Notes: generated from the letters alone by a model not told the origin. A DNA stretch of 24,000 nucleotides from Gemella sp. GL1 (GCF_013415365.1 NZ_JACBYB010000009.1:24779-48778), one strand, 5' to 3'. Shown: positions 1 to 8,218, counted from the first letter of the stretch. Numbers and translations: made by a program.

Positions 1-455
1 TACAACCTATCTCCTTTAATCCTAGAGGATCTTTCTATAATTATTTTCATACCTACAAAGAAATATATTAAACATGTAATAAATAATATACCCAAACTAA
101 AAACTGTTAAAAATATGGACCAAACTAGTAAAATAGATCCAAATATATAATGATTACTTAATTTTAATTGTCCCAAAATAACCAGTATAAATAACAATAA
201 AAACACAGCCAAATAAACATAAGCTAATTGTCCCATTATTTCTAAAACATAGGATAAATCTTTACTAGATATATTAGCAGAATCCATTGTAAGCTGAGTT
301 TGCTGCCTAATCTGATCAACCATCTTAGCACTTAAATAATCCTTACTCGCATATTCCTTAAAGTCTTTTATCCAAATAAGTACAAAAGCAATATATAAAA
401 CAAAAACAATATTAGCTATCAATAATAGAAACTTTTCACTCTTTTTTAATTCCAT
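1..455 (-). CDS. hypothetical membrane protein, partial (C-terminus lies beyond window start); not in supplied ORF track
   Basis: Manual minus-strand translation. ATG at 455-453 lies 3 nt after the Nudix stop (461-459), and the frame stays open to base 1 (about 151 codons: MELKKSEKFLLLIANIVFVLYIAFVLIWIK...YVYLAVFLLLFILVILG...GSILLVWSIFLTVFSLGILFITCLIYFFVG...). Several helix-length hydrophobic stretches; no family recognised. Confidence 0.5.
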   Translation of the reverse strand, partial: MELKKSEKFLLLIANIVFVLYIAFVLIWIKDFKEYASKDYLSAKMVDQIRQQTQLTMDSANISSKDLSYVLEIMGQLAYVYLAVFLLLFILVILGQLKLSNHYIFGSILLVWSIFLTVFSLGILFITCLIYFFVGMKIIIERSSRIKGDRL

Positions 456-458
456 ATT

Positions 459-1013
459 CTATGCTCTTCTCTTATTTCTAAGCCATCCTAAAGCTAACAA
501 AGTTTTACTATCAGTTATTACATTGTCATCTATTAATTTAAAAGCATCTTCTAATTTGTACTTCCTAACATTAATAAACTCATCTTCATCTAAAGAAAGT
601 TCTCCCTTATCTTTATCAGATAAGTTTTCTACAGCAAATAAAGTAATGAGTTCAGAAGAATAACCTATTGCTAGGTGAGTATCATATATTTTAATTACAT
701 CCTCTTCTTTAGCAAGATAACCTGTTTCTTCCTTTAGTTCTCTTATTGCACAAGTAATTCTTTCCTCATCAGGATCGAGTTTTCCTGCAGGAATTTCCAG
801 TGTCATTTGCTCTACAGCCTTACGATATTGTTCAACTAGTAAAACCTCATCCTTATCTGTAACTGCTAATATAGCAACAGCTCCCTTATGATAAATCAAT
901 TCCCTAACAGATTGCTCTCCATTAGTAAGTTCTACATTATGCACTTCTAACTTTAAAACTTTACCATCAAAAATAACTTTTTTATTTATAGTTTTCTCTT
1001 CAAAATTCAGCAT
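459..1013 (-). CDS. nudF: Nudix hydrolase, ADP-ribose pyrophosphatase type
   Basis: 184 aa with Nudix box GKLDPDEERITCAIRELKEETGY (GX5EX7REUXEEXGU). Size and layout are typical of ADP-ribose pyrophosphatases. Tightly packed downstream of rnz. Confidence 0.85.
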   Translation of the reverse strand: MLNFEEKTINKKVIFDGKVLKLEVHNVELTNGEQSVRELIYHKGAVAILAVTDKDEVLLVEQYRKAVEQMTLEIPAGKLDPDEERITCAIRELKEETGYLAKEEDVIKIYDTHLAIGYSSELITLFAVENLSDKDKGELSLDEDEFINVRKYKLEDAFKLIDDNVITDSKTLLALGWLRNKRRA

Positions 1014-1023
1014 AAAAATCTCC

Positions 1024-1947
1024 TTAAATATTAAATTCTTTTAAATCACTAACTATATACATATTCTTCTCATCAAGTTCTTCCTGTAATTCTTTTAAAA
1101 AATCATACATATATCTAGAACTTATATGAGTTAAGTAAATTTGATCAAATCTATTATATTTTCTAAATTCATAAATATCTTCGATTGACATATGCTTATG
1201 CTTTAAAGCAAGATCCTTATCAAGAGCAGATAAGTAAGTTGATTCCGTAACCAAAATATCCGTTCCAGATAAAAAATCATTTAATCTATCAAAGTAAGCC
1301 GTATCAGATAAAATTGTTATAACTTTACCTTTAGAATCCGGTGTCATAAAATCGCTAGAATTATAAAATTTACCAGCAAACTCAAAAGTTTCATGTTGCT
1401 TAATTTCTCTATATATAAGCCCTGGCGTAATACCTAAATCTTTAAGTTTATCTACCAACAAATTTCCTTTTTTTCTCTCAAAAGAAATCTTAAAAGCATA
1501 GGACTCAATAGTATGGTCTAAGAGAAAAGTTTCAACTTTTACCTTATCATCCTCATAAATCACTTGCTGTTGCTGAGAATCAAATTCAACATAGTCAATA
1601 TCATAAGAAAGATATGCTTTTATCATTCTAAGATTAGACTCCACATACTCCTTAATTCCTACTGGTCCAAAAATTTGCAAATTAGATCCATCTTCTCTAA
1701 GCAAAAATGTTCTAGATGTTAAAAAACCAATAAGCCCTAAAATATGATCACCATGCATATGACTAATAAATATTTTTTTTATCTTTCCTGGTCTTATAGT
1801 CGTATTCATAATCTGGTGCTGACTAGCTTCACCACAATCGAACATCCAACATTCCTTAAGCTCTTGCATAAAGTTGAAAACCATAGACTGTGTGTGTCTA
1901 TTCTTAGAGGGTAAACCTGCACCAGTCCCTAAAAATGTAAGTCTCAT
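1024..1947 (-). CDS. rnz: ribonuclease Z (tRNA 3' endonuclease, metallo-beta-lactamase fold)
   Basis: 307 aa. N-terminus MRLTFLGTGAGLPSKNRHTQS and the HxHxDH motif (SHMHGDHILGL) are characteristic of short-form RNase Z. Confidence 0.9.
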   Translation of the reverse strand: MRLTFLGTGAGLPSKNRHTQSMVFNFMQELKECWMFDCGEASQHQIMNTTIRPGKIKKIFISHMHGDHILGLIGFLTSRTFLLREDGSNLQIFGPVGIKEYVESNLRMIKAYLSYDIDYVEFDSQQQQVIYEDDKVKVETFLLDHTIESYAFKISFERKKGNLLVDKLKDLGITPGLIYREIKQHETFEFAGKFYNSSDFMTPDSKGKVITILSDTAYFDRLNDFLSGTDILVTESTYLSALDKDLALKHKHMSIEDIYEFRKYNRFDQIYLTHISSRYMYDFLKELQEELDEKNMYIVSDLKEFNI

Positions 1948-1975
1948 TTCCCAAACAAATAGCTAGTAATTTTTA

Positions 1976-2854
1976 CTATCTACCCTTTCTTTTATATAAT
2001 CCATCTTCCTCAATAGTTATTTTTTTATTTTTAAATAATCTACCTGCAGCTTTCTTAAAACTTCCCTTGCTCATACCGAAAACTGCCTTGATATCTTCTG
2101 GTTTAGATTTATCACTATATTCACAATAGCCATTATTATTTTCAATGTAATCAAGAATTGCTTGGCTATCATCGTCAATTCTTTCATGGGCACGAGGTAA
2201 GAAAGAAGCATTCATAGATCCATCATCCTTAATTCCAATAATCCTAACAGATACTTCTTGACCTAATCTAGGCTCTTTTTTACGCTCAGATTCATGAACA
2301 AATATCTTATAACCCTCTTTAGAAAGTAAAAATGTCCCTACTTTCATAAGTCTATAAGGATAAGCCACTATTTCTGTATTAAATAGAGATTTTTCTCCTT
2401 TAGAATACATAGATTCTACAATTGTTTCCGTAGCCAATCTAGCAAATAATTGCCCAGAATAATCACGTCTTAAAGTAACAAATAACTCATCTCCTTCGAC
2501 TGGCCATACTGATCTAAGCTTTGGTAAATCTTCTGCAACAAGTAAAATTTCTCTTGAAATACCAATATCTAATCCAGCTCCCTCATCAGTAACCTTTACA
2601 ACTTTAGCAAAGCCATAAGTTCCGACCATAACTTCTGGTAAATAAGGTGATGCGAACAATTTTCCCGATCTAGACGGGTAAATAAACATCGAATACTCCT
2701 CACCTAGCTCATAATTATCTATTGATTCGACATCAGATTCATTACAAACTACACCCTGACCATCTTCCGTCTCAAATAGTAAAGAAGACGTATTCTTCTC
2801 AATAAGTTTTATAAAGTGGGCTTCCCCAGTTAAAAATTTATTTTCTTTTTCCAT
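1976..2854 (-). CDS. cvfB: S1 RNA-binding domain protein, CvfB/YitL family
   Basis: 292 aa with repeated S1-like segments and a C-terminal winged-helix-like tail (GMSKGSFKKAAGRLFKNKKI), typical of the CvfB family. Confidence 0.75.
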   Translation of the reverse strand: MEKENKFLTGEAHFIKLIEKNTSSLLFETEDGQGVVCNESDVESIDNYELGEEYSMFIYPSRSGKLFASPYLPEVMVGTYGFAKVVKVTDEGAGLDIGISREILLVAEDLPKLRSVWPVEGDELFVTLRRDYSGQLFARLATETIVESMYSKGEKSLFNTEIVAYPYRLMKVGTFLLSKEGYKIFVHESERKKEPRLGQEVSVRIIGIKDDGSMNASFLPRAHERIDDDSQAILDYIENNNGYCEYSDKSKPEDIKAVFGMSKGSFKKAAGRLFKNKKITIEEDGLYKRKGR

Positions 2855-2884
2855 AAAAATCCTCCCTTATTTTTAATAATCACA

Positions 2885-2914
2885 TAAAGAAAAGGTTGAT
2901 ACAAACATCAACCT
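2885..2914 (-). terminator. rho-independent terminator downstream of spx
   Basis: Minus strand reads AGGTTGAT-GTTTGT-ATCAACCT (perfect 8-bp stem, plus coordinates 2893-2900 / 2907-2914) followed by TTTTCTTT. Confidence 0.6.
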
Positions 2915-2952
2915 CTAAAAATTGTACTAAAGCAGTATGTAAGTATCACTAC

Positions 2953-3354
2953 TTAATAACCTTCTTTAATTTGTCTTAATTGATTCTCCCTAACTTCTTT
3001 AGGTAAAAATCTCCTTATTTCATCAACATTATACCCTACCTGCAATCTTTTCTCATCAACTAGAATAGGTCTCCTAAGCATTCCAGGATTATCTTGTATT
3101 ATTTTATACAATTCATTCATAGATAAAGAATCAATATCTATATCTAATTTTTGAAAAGTTTTAGATCTGAAGGATATGATATCTTCAGTTCCCTCTTCTG
3201 TTATAGATAGAATATTACGTATTTCTTCAATAGTAAGTGGTTCAGAAAAAATATTTCTTTCTTTAAATTCTATATTATTCTCCACTAGCCATGCTTTTGC
3301 TTTTCTACAAGACGTGCAACTAGGGGATGTAAATAACGTAACTACCACTAGCAA
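2953..3354 (-). CDS. spx: Spx/ArsC-family global transcriptional regulator
   Basis: N-terminal ...[18 protein letters not shown] with the CxxC redox motif; ~131 aa as for Spx. The ORF-track start is TTG at 3354. An in-frame GTG at 3348-3346 would give [11 protein letters not shown], closer to the canonical Spx N-terminus. A GGGAG RBS lies at ~3363-3359. Confidence 0.9.
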   Translation of the reverse strand: MLVVVTLFTSPSCTSCRKAKAWLVENNIEFKERNIFSEPLTIEEIRNILSITEEGTEDIISFRSKTFQKLDIDIDSLSMNELYKIIQDNPGMLRRPILVDEKRLQVGYNVDEIRRFLPKEVRENQLRQIKEGY

Positions 3355-3399
3355 TCACACTCCCTATATAAACAAATATATTATCTTATACTATTCCTC

Positions 3400-3428
3400 A
3401 TTATACTACACTCTAAAGTTTTTGGCAA
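3400..3428 (-). promoter_or_regulatory. candidate sigma-A promoter of spx
   Basis: Minus strand TTGCCA (3428-3423), 17-nt spacer, TATAAT (3405-3400), about 45 nt upstream of the spx start. Confidence 0.45.
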
Positions 3429-3513
3429 TACAGTATTTTAAAAATATGTCTAATATTTATAGTAAATTTTAATAATATTTGGAATATATATTTCAAATTT
3501 AATGTATATTCTA

Positions 3514-3539
3514 TAAAAAAAGACCACTAAAGTGGCCTT
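3514..3539 (-). terminator. rho-independent terminator after tRNA-Leu
   Basis: Minus strand AGGCCAC-TTTA-GTGGTCT (7-bp stem including one G-U pair) followed by a run of 7 T. Confidence 0.7.
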
Positions 3540-3544
3540 TGTAA

Positions 3545-3627
3545 TACCAGTAGCCGGGGTCGAACCGGCACGAGCTAAGCTCGCTGGATTTTGAGTCCAG
3601 TGCGTCTGCCAATTCCGCCATACTGGC
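3545..3627 (-). tRNA. tRNA-Leu (anticodon CAA), class II with long variable arm, no encoded CCA
   Basis: The reverse complement folds as acceptor GCCAGTA/TACTGGT, D arm GCGGAATTGGCAGACGC, and anticodon stem-loop CTGGA-CTCAAAA-TCCAG (CAA). The variable arm is CGAGCTTAGCTCGT, the T arm GCCGG-TTCGACC-CCGGC, and the discriminator A. Confidence 0.9.
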
Positions 3628-3738
3628 GAGATACTACAGTGATTATTATACCACATAAAAGAATTAAAAACAAGATGTGAATTCAATAAATTCTATTAAA
3701 ATATAGCTTGTAATATATTAGAAATCACTTGACTATTA

Positions 3739-3747
3739 TGCTATAAT
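3739..3747 (+). promoter_or_regulatory. extended -10 element (TGcTATAAT) upstream of the GT28 gene
   Basis: TGCTATAAT lies 22 nt upstream of the ATG at 3769. There is only a weak -35 (TTAGAA, 3718-3723). RBS-like GGTGA is at 3759-3763. Confidence 0.4.
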
Positions 3748-3768
3748 TTTTATCAGGATGGTGATTAT

Positions 3769-4833
3769 ATGAAAATTCTAATACTATGTGGAAAGTATGG
3801 TATGGGGCATTTTATGGCTGCCAAAGCTATAGAAGAACAATTAATGAAAGATGATGATATAGAAAAAATTAAAGTACTAGACTTTGTAGAGTACTCCTTT
3901 CCTATCAGTCATAAATTTTTATACACTTCTTTCAAATTATTAACAACAAAAATTCCAAAACTATTTGCTAAATTTTATCCAATAGTAGCAAATAATAAGT
4001 CTACCCCACTTGCATCATACACAATGTCTAAAAAATTAGATAAAATTATTAAGGAAGAAGCTTGTGATATTGTAATATCCACCTTACCCGAAATATCAAA
4101 AGCCTTTGCCCTATATAAGGAAAATTATAAAACAAAAACTAAATTGGTAACTTGTATTACTGATATATCTTATTTCTACGAGTGGGTTTGCCCTGCTAGC
4201 GATTTAGTGTTAGCTCCTATTCAAGAAGTTAAAAATTATTTAATTAACTCTGGTATTGATCAGGATAAAATTTTAGTATCTGGTATTCCTGTTAAAGAAT
4301 CCTTTTATAAATTTGAAAAAATTATAACTGATAAATTCCAACTCCTTCTTATGGGTGGGGGACTTGGGAACATACCTATTGACAAAGAATTTTATAAAAA
4401 AATAGAATCTAGAGCTGATATAGAAACCACCGTATTATGTGCAAAAAATAAAAAATTATATCAATATTTAAAAAATAATCATCCAAAAATTAATTCTATA
4501 ACATTTACTGATACAGTAGATGACTACTTTAGAAAAGCAGATCTATTAATCACCAAAACCGGTGGAATTACAAGTTTCGAAGCAATATTTGCAGAACTTC
4601 CTATTCTTACCTATGTTCCTTTCCTACCACAAGAAGCAAATAATGCCAAATATTTAGAAAAAATGGCTTCAGCAAAAATAATGTGGGATAATCCTAAAGA
4701 TCCTTATGATTTAATAAATTCTATTATAGAAAACAATGAATTAAAAGAAATGTCAAAAAATATGAAAAAAATTAAAAATAATTTAGATACTAACTATGTA
4801 GAAAAAATTAAGGAGTTAGTACATGTTAAGTAA
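3769..4833 (+). CDS. GT28-family glycosyltransferase, MGDG-synthase/UgtP-like diacylglycerol glycosyltransferase
   Basis: 354 aa with N-terminal MKILILCGKYGMGH, central LLLMGGGLGNIP and C-terminal LITKTGGITSFEAIFAELPIL. This matches the MGDG_synth plus Glyco_tran_28_C architecture of UgtP/MurG-like enzymes. Confidence 0.75.
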   Translation: MKILILCGKYGMGHFMAAKAIEEQLMKDDDIEKIKVLDFVEYSFPISHKFLYTSFKLLTTKIPKLFAKFYPIVANNKSTPLASYTMSKKLDKIIKEEACDIVISTLPEISKAFALYKENYKTKTKLVTCITDISYFYEWVCPASDLVLAPIQEVKNYLINSGIDQDKILVSGIPVKESFYKFEKIITDKFQLLLMGGGLGNIPIDKEFYKKIESRADIETTVLCAKNKKLYQYLKNNHPKINSITFTDTVDDYFRKADLLITKTGGITSFEAIFAELPILTYVPFLPQEANNAKYLEKMASAKIMWDNPKDPYDLINSIIENNELKEMSKNMKKIKNNLDTNYVEKIKELVHVK

Positions 4834-5851
4834 AGGGAAAAAATTACAGTATATTATCATATTTCTAGCCCTTATATCAATAACTTTTTATTTATTATTG
4901 AAGGATTATAGTCCTGGTCAATTATATGGGCTAATTTCCAAGCTAAATTATAGCTACTTAATTCTGGGTTCTATTCTAGCTTTTATCTACATAATATGTG
5001 AAAGTATGGCCTTTAAAATAATCTTTAAAAGACTTGGACAAAAAACAAAATTTCTACAATTAATAAAATATTCATTTATAGGTTTTTATTTTTCTGCTAT
5101 AACTCCATCATCATCTGGAGGCCAACCTATGCAGATGTATTTTATGAAAAAAGATAAAATTGAGATCTCAAAATCCTCCCTATCTATCGTACTTTGTTTA
5201 ATGGGCTACCAAATTGCTTTGATAATTTTAACAACAATATCCTCTATATTAAATTACAATTTATTATTAGAACAGACTGCTAAGGTAAAGTTTTTATTTA
5301 TACTTGCTCTAATAAGTAACCTTATTTTACTAGGGTTCATACTAGGAGCTGTATTTTCAAAGAGATTTTTCCCTAAAATCATAGATTTTATATTCAAAAA
5401 AATAATAAATAAAATTAAATTTGTTAAAAAGAAAAAAGAAAAACGTGCTAAGGTAGATGAAGTAATAGAAGATTATCACAGATGTTCCAATCTATTCAAA
5501 AATAGCCCTAAACTTCTAACTATTATTATAGGAATTTATATACTACAGCTTACTATACGATTTTCAATTACCTATATAGTAAGCTTAGCAATGAATTTAA
5601 ACTCCGCAAGCATAATAAAATTCATAACAATTCAAGCTTTAATACTATTTTGTGTGTCATCTCTTCCTATTCCAGGTGGAGTTGGAATTAGTGAATTTCT
5701 ATATATAACTTTCTTCTCAATATTAGTTTCTAAGGAACTAATCAACAATGCAGCCTTAGTAAATCAAATAGTAGTCTACTATTTACCTGTTCTTCTAGGT
5801 GCTTGCATTGTAATATATGCACAATGGAAAATTGGAAAAAATAAAAGATAA
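4823..5851 (+). CDS. UPF0104 / LPG_synthase_TM (MprF flippase-domain-like, YbhN-type) integral membrane protein
   Basis: 342 aa, polytopic, with the typical conserved ITPSSSGGQPMQ and LPIPGGVGISE motifs. It overlaps the upstream glycosyltransferase gene by 11 nt. RBS AGGAG at 4811-4815. Confidence 0.7.
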   Translation: MLSKGKKLQYIIIFLALISITFYLLLKDYSPGQLYGLISKLNYSYLILGSILAFIYIICESMAFKIIFKRLGQKTKFLQLIKYSFIGFYFSAITPSSSGGQPMQMYFMKKDKIEISKSSLSIVLCLMGYQIALIILTTISSILNYNLLLEQTAKVKFLFILALISNLILLGFILGAVFSKRFFPKIIDFIFKKIINKIKFVKKKKEKRAKVDEVIEDYHRCSNLFKNSPKLLTIIIGIYILQLTIRFSITYIVSLAMNLNSASIIKFITIQALILFCVSSLPIPGGVGISEFLYITFFSILVSKELINNAALVNQIVVYYLPVLLGACIVIYAQWKIGKNKR

Positions 5852-5882
5852 AAACGAGCGTAAATTTTACTCTCGTTTTTTC
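5852..5882. terminator. bidirectional rho-independent terminator (ends the plus-strand glycolipid pair and the minus-strand pre-crRNA)
   Basis: AAACGAG (5852-5858) pairs with CTCGTTT (5872-5878), with inner GTA/TAC pairs. A T-run follows on the plus strand and an A-run precedes it, which reads as a T-run on the minus strand. Confidence 0.6.
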
Positions 5883-5953
5883 TACATAAAATAGTATATG
5901 TAGTTATTTACTGATCCTATAACATACATCGGGTGTCTGTACACTATAAACTT

Positions 5954-6187
5954 GTTTTGGAACCATTCAAAATAACATAACTCTAAAACCACGCGTTAAT
6001 TGTAAAGTTAAGTAATCCAGTTTTGGAACCATTCAAAATAACATAACTCTAAAACAATCGGCTGGCGCTGAATCGGGATAAATTAGTTTTGGAACCATTC
6101 AAAATAACATAACTCTAAAACCCATTAGGTGCCGAATGCCAAATTCAGCGAGTTTTGGAACCATTCAAAATAACATAACTCTAAAAC
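5954..6187 (-). CRISPR. type II-A CRISPR array: 4 identical 36-nt repeats, 3 spacers of 30 nt
   Basis: Repeats lie at 5954-5989, 6020-6055, 6086-6121 and 6152-6187. The plus strand reads GTTTTGGAACCATTCAAAATAACATAACTCTAAAAC. The transcribed (minus) sense is GTTTTAGAGTTATGTTATTTTGAATGGTTCCAAAAC, closely resembling the S. pyogenes repeat. Spacers lie at 5990-6019, 6056-6085 and 6122-6151. The leader-proximal (newest) end is at 6187. Confidence 0.97.
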
Positions 6188-6340
6188 CTCGTAGCTTAAA
6201 ATTCTACAAAATTTCGTAATCACGTTACTCGCTTAACAGGATACAATTTTGAATAGTTCACTTTAATATTCATTAACTTAATTATAGCAAATTTTATATT
6301 TATCAGCAATAATCAAACCTTGATATAACAAGTATTGTAC
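6188..6340 (-). promoter_or_regulatory. CRISPR leader with pre-crRNA promoter
   Basis: Minus strand TTGCTG (6309-6304), 17-nt spacer, TGcTATAAT (-10 at 6286-6281, TGC at 6289-6287); predicted TSS ~6274. The leader ends ...GATTACGAAATTTTGTAGAATTTTAAGCTACGAG directly at the first repeat. Confidence 0.6.
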
Positions 6341-7006
6341 TCATTCTGATAAAGTTAGAAAATAATCTTCATCTAACACATATTGTTTAAAGTCATACAA
6401 TTTTCTTGCTTCTAACACAAGTAGATTAATATTGGATAATCTTGCATATTCTAAAATTGATTCAATCTCTTTCTTGCTAAAATATACACCAATATTTTGA
6501 AAAATTAAAAGTTGCTTTCTAGATATAAATTTATAAACTTTCATTATTTCAAAAAGTCTATCCAAAGGAGAATCTGTACACACTTCTACTTTTACACCTA
6601 ATACTTTAATCAATTCTAAAATAGTAATTTCATCATACTCCAGATCTAAATCTTGTTCTAGAAATTCATAAGATAGTATATTCGTTATCTCCGAGGCTAA
6701 TTTTTCAACTCTTGTTTTAACATCTAACTTCTCGTTTAAATTATACTCTATACTTGCATAGATAGATTTTAATATCTGAGCAGAATTAATATCAAATGAA
6801 TAAATATCACTTATCCATAAAAAATTACTAGACTTTAATTTTTTATAAGATTCATCAAATATTTTCAAATATTCTTGCTCATCAAACATATACAAGCATT
6901 GACTTAACTTTGAAAAAAGCTCTCTGGATTCAACTACTAGTATATTAGTGTCCTCAAAACTAATTTTTTTATCAAGTACTGGAAAATTAATACTAATCTT
7001 TTTCAC
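6341..7006 (-). CDS. csn2: Csn2 (type II-A spacer-acquisition protein, short ~220-aa form)
   Basis: 221 aa, last gene of the cas operon next to the leader. It contains [21 protein letters not shown] and ...[14 protein letters not shown], as I recall for streptococcal Csn2. GTG start with RBS GGAGAGGA; overlaps cas2 by 14 nt. Confidence 0.93.
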   Translation of the reverse strand: MKKISINFPVLDKKISFEDTNILVVESRELFSKLSQCLYMFDEQEYLKIFDESYKKLKSSNFLWISDIYSFDINSAQILKSIYASIEYNLNEKLDVKTRVEKLASEITNILSYEFLEQDLDLEYDEITILELIKVLGVKVEVCTDSPLDRLFEIMKVYKFISRKQLLIFQNIGVYFSKKEIESILEYARLSNINLLVLEARKLYDFKQYVLDEDYFLTLSE

Positions 7007-7337
7007 TATAATCCTCTCCTAAAAACAACAATCTTGAATCAGTATTTGCCAAACATGTATTTCTATCACCAGATAAATATATCATCCTAGCAAATTGTTT
7101 TTCTGTAACTATTAATATACTAATATCCCCTTTTTTAGGATTATTCTCTTTCAATCTTTCCAACATAAGGTTAGATGCAGAAGAATTTAAAAGCAATTTA
7201 CTATAAATAGAAAATTGATGCATTATAAATCCTTCATTTATTAAAAATTTTCTAAATTGACGATATGCTTTTTTTTCTAAAGCAGTTTCTGTAGGCATAT
7301 CAAACATAAGTATCATTCTCATAAACCTGTAACTCAT
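6993..7337 (-). CDS. cas2: Cas2 endoribonuclease / integrase subunit
   Basis: 114 aa: [16 protein letters not shown]...[17 protein letters not shown]...[11 protein letters not shown], the type II-A Cas2 signature. ATGA start/stop overlap with cas1. Confidence 0.95.
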   Translation of the reverse strand: MSYRFMRMILMFDMPTETALEKKAYRQFRKFLINEGFIMHQFSIYSKLLLNSSASNLMLERLKENNPKKGDISILIVTEKQFARMIYLSGDRNTCLANTDSRLLFLGEDYSEKD

Positions 7338-8218
7338 ATCCTAAATTCTGGTAACTCTCTTATCTTTTCACTATTTAAATTTTTTACTACTTTTTTTACA
7401 TATTCCGAAACCATATTAGATAAGTACATATCTTTATTATTAAATCTAAAAGTTCTCACAAATATTTTTAATAATCTTGGCTTCATATCAATAAAGCTCA
7501 AATGCCTATTCTCATATACTATTTCATCCACTATAGGTCTAAATGCTTCCATTAAGTCCGATGCTAAATTAAATTGATTAAATTGATTGGAATGCTTTAA
7601 GCCTAATTGAGTTAAACAACCTGTTACTACTATCTCTCTAGAGAAAAGAGATAGTAGTAATGAGTATCCATAATCTAAAGCAATATTTATATCACAATTA
7701 TCTTGCCTTGAAAAATCATTCCCAAATAAAGTATTAAAATAAATTCTAGCTGCATGTCCCTCCCTGTTTGTAGGATCAAAGACTTCTAATTCATCATATA
7801 ATCTATCTAAGGACTTAGCTTTTTCTTCAAAATCATTAATTCTTAAAAATTCGGCCTGATTAGATATTTTATTAGCTATAATCTTAGTCCAAACAATAGA
7901 TTTTCTTTCATTAGTCCAACTCAATTGTTTAGAAATCTGTAAACTAGAGTCGTGTCTTGCATAAAATGGAGATATATTAGCAATAGGTAATCTTTTATCG
8001 TCACAAAAAATTACTAATACCTTTTCATCCATAAGCCTTTTAATAAGCATAGTGGTAATAGAAATATCTGTCGTCTCAAGGACAAGAGTATCTATTTCTG
8101 ATAGATGTATCATCTCCGTCTTATCAACAGATTTAAATATTAAATGATTATTCTGATATGCTAATTTAGAATGTGTATTAACCAACAAAGTTCTCCATCC
8201 CACTTTACTTATCCTCAC
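7334..8218 (-). CDS. cas1: Cas1 integrase
   Basis: [24 protein letters not shown]..., [21 protein letters not shown] and [24 protein letters not shown] are type II-A Cas1 motifs. The ORF-track start is GTG at 8218. GTG at 8203-8201 (giving MGWRT...) with RBS GGTGAGGA is the more likely start. Confidence 0.95.
   Translation of the reverse strand: MRISKVGWRTLLVNTHSKLAYQNNHLIFKSVDKTEMIHLSEIDTLVLETTDISITTMLIKRLMDEKVLVIFCDDKRLPIANISPFYARHDSSLQISKQLSWTNERKSIVWTKIIANKISNQAEFLRINDFEEKAKSLDRLYDELEVFDPTNREGHAARIYFNTLFGNDFSRQDNCDINIALDYGYSLLLSLFSREIVVTGCLTQLGLKHSNQFNQFNLASDLMEAFRPIVDEIVYENRHLSFIDMKPRLLKIFVRTFRFNNKDMYLSNMVSEYVKKVVKNLNSEKIRELPEFRI

Noticed and set aside
3176-3472. 98-aa plus-strand ORF
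   Set aside because: It lies antisense within spx and its promoter region, is a low-complexity translation with no RBS or family resemblance, and spx on the opposite strand is clearly real.
3450-3686. 78-aa minus-strand ORF
   Set aside because: It reads straight through the tRNA-Leu gene and its terminator, so it is an artefact of an open frame.
3545-5953. tRNA-Leu considered as an integration site of a genomic island carrying the CRISPR module
   Set aside because: There is no integrase and no direct repeat of the tRNA 3' end. Two ordinary envelope-lipid genes with their own promoter and terminator separate the tRNA from the array.
6056-6151. Shared 8-mer CGCTGAAT between spacer 2 (plus strand) and spacer 3 (reverse complement), considered as evidence of a common target or primed acquisition
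   Set aside because: It is too short and in opposite orientations, so it is compatible with coincidence. It cannot be evaluated without the target sequence.
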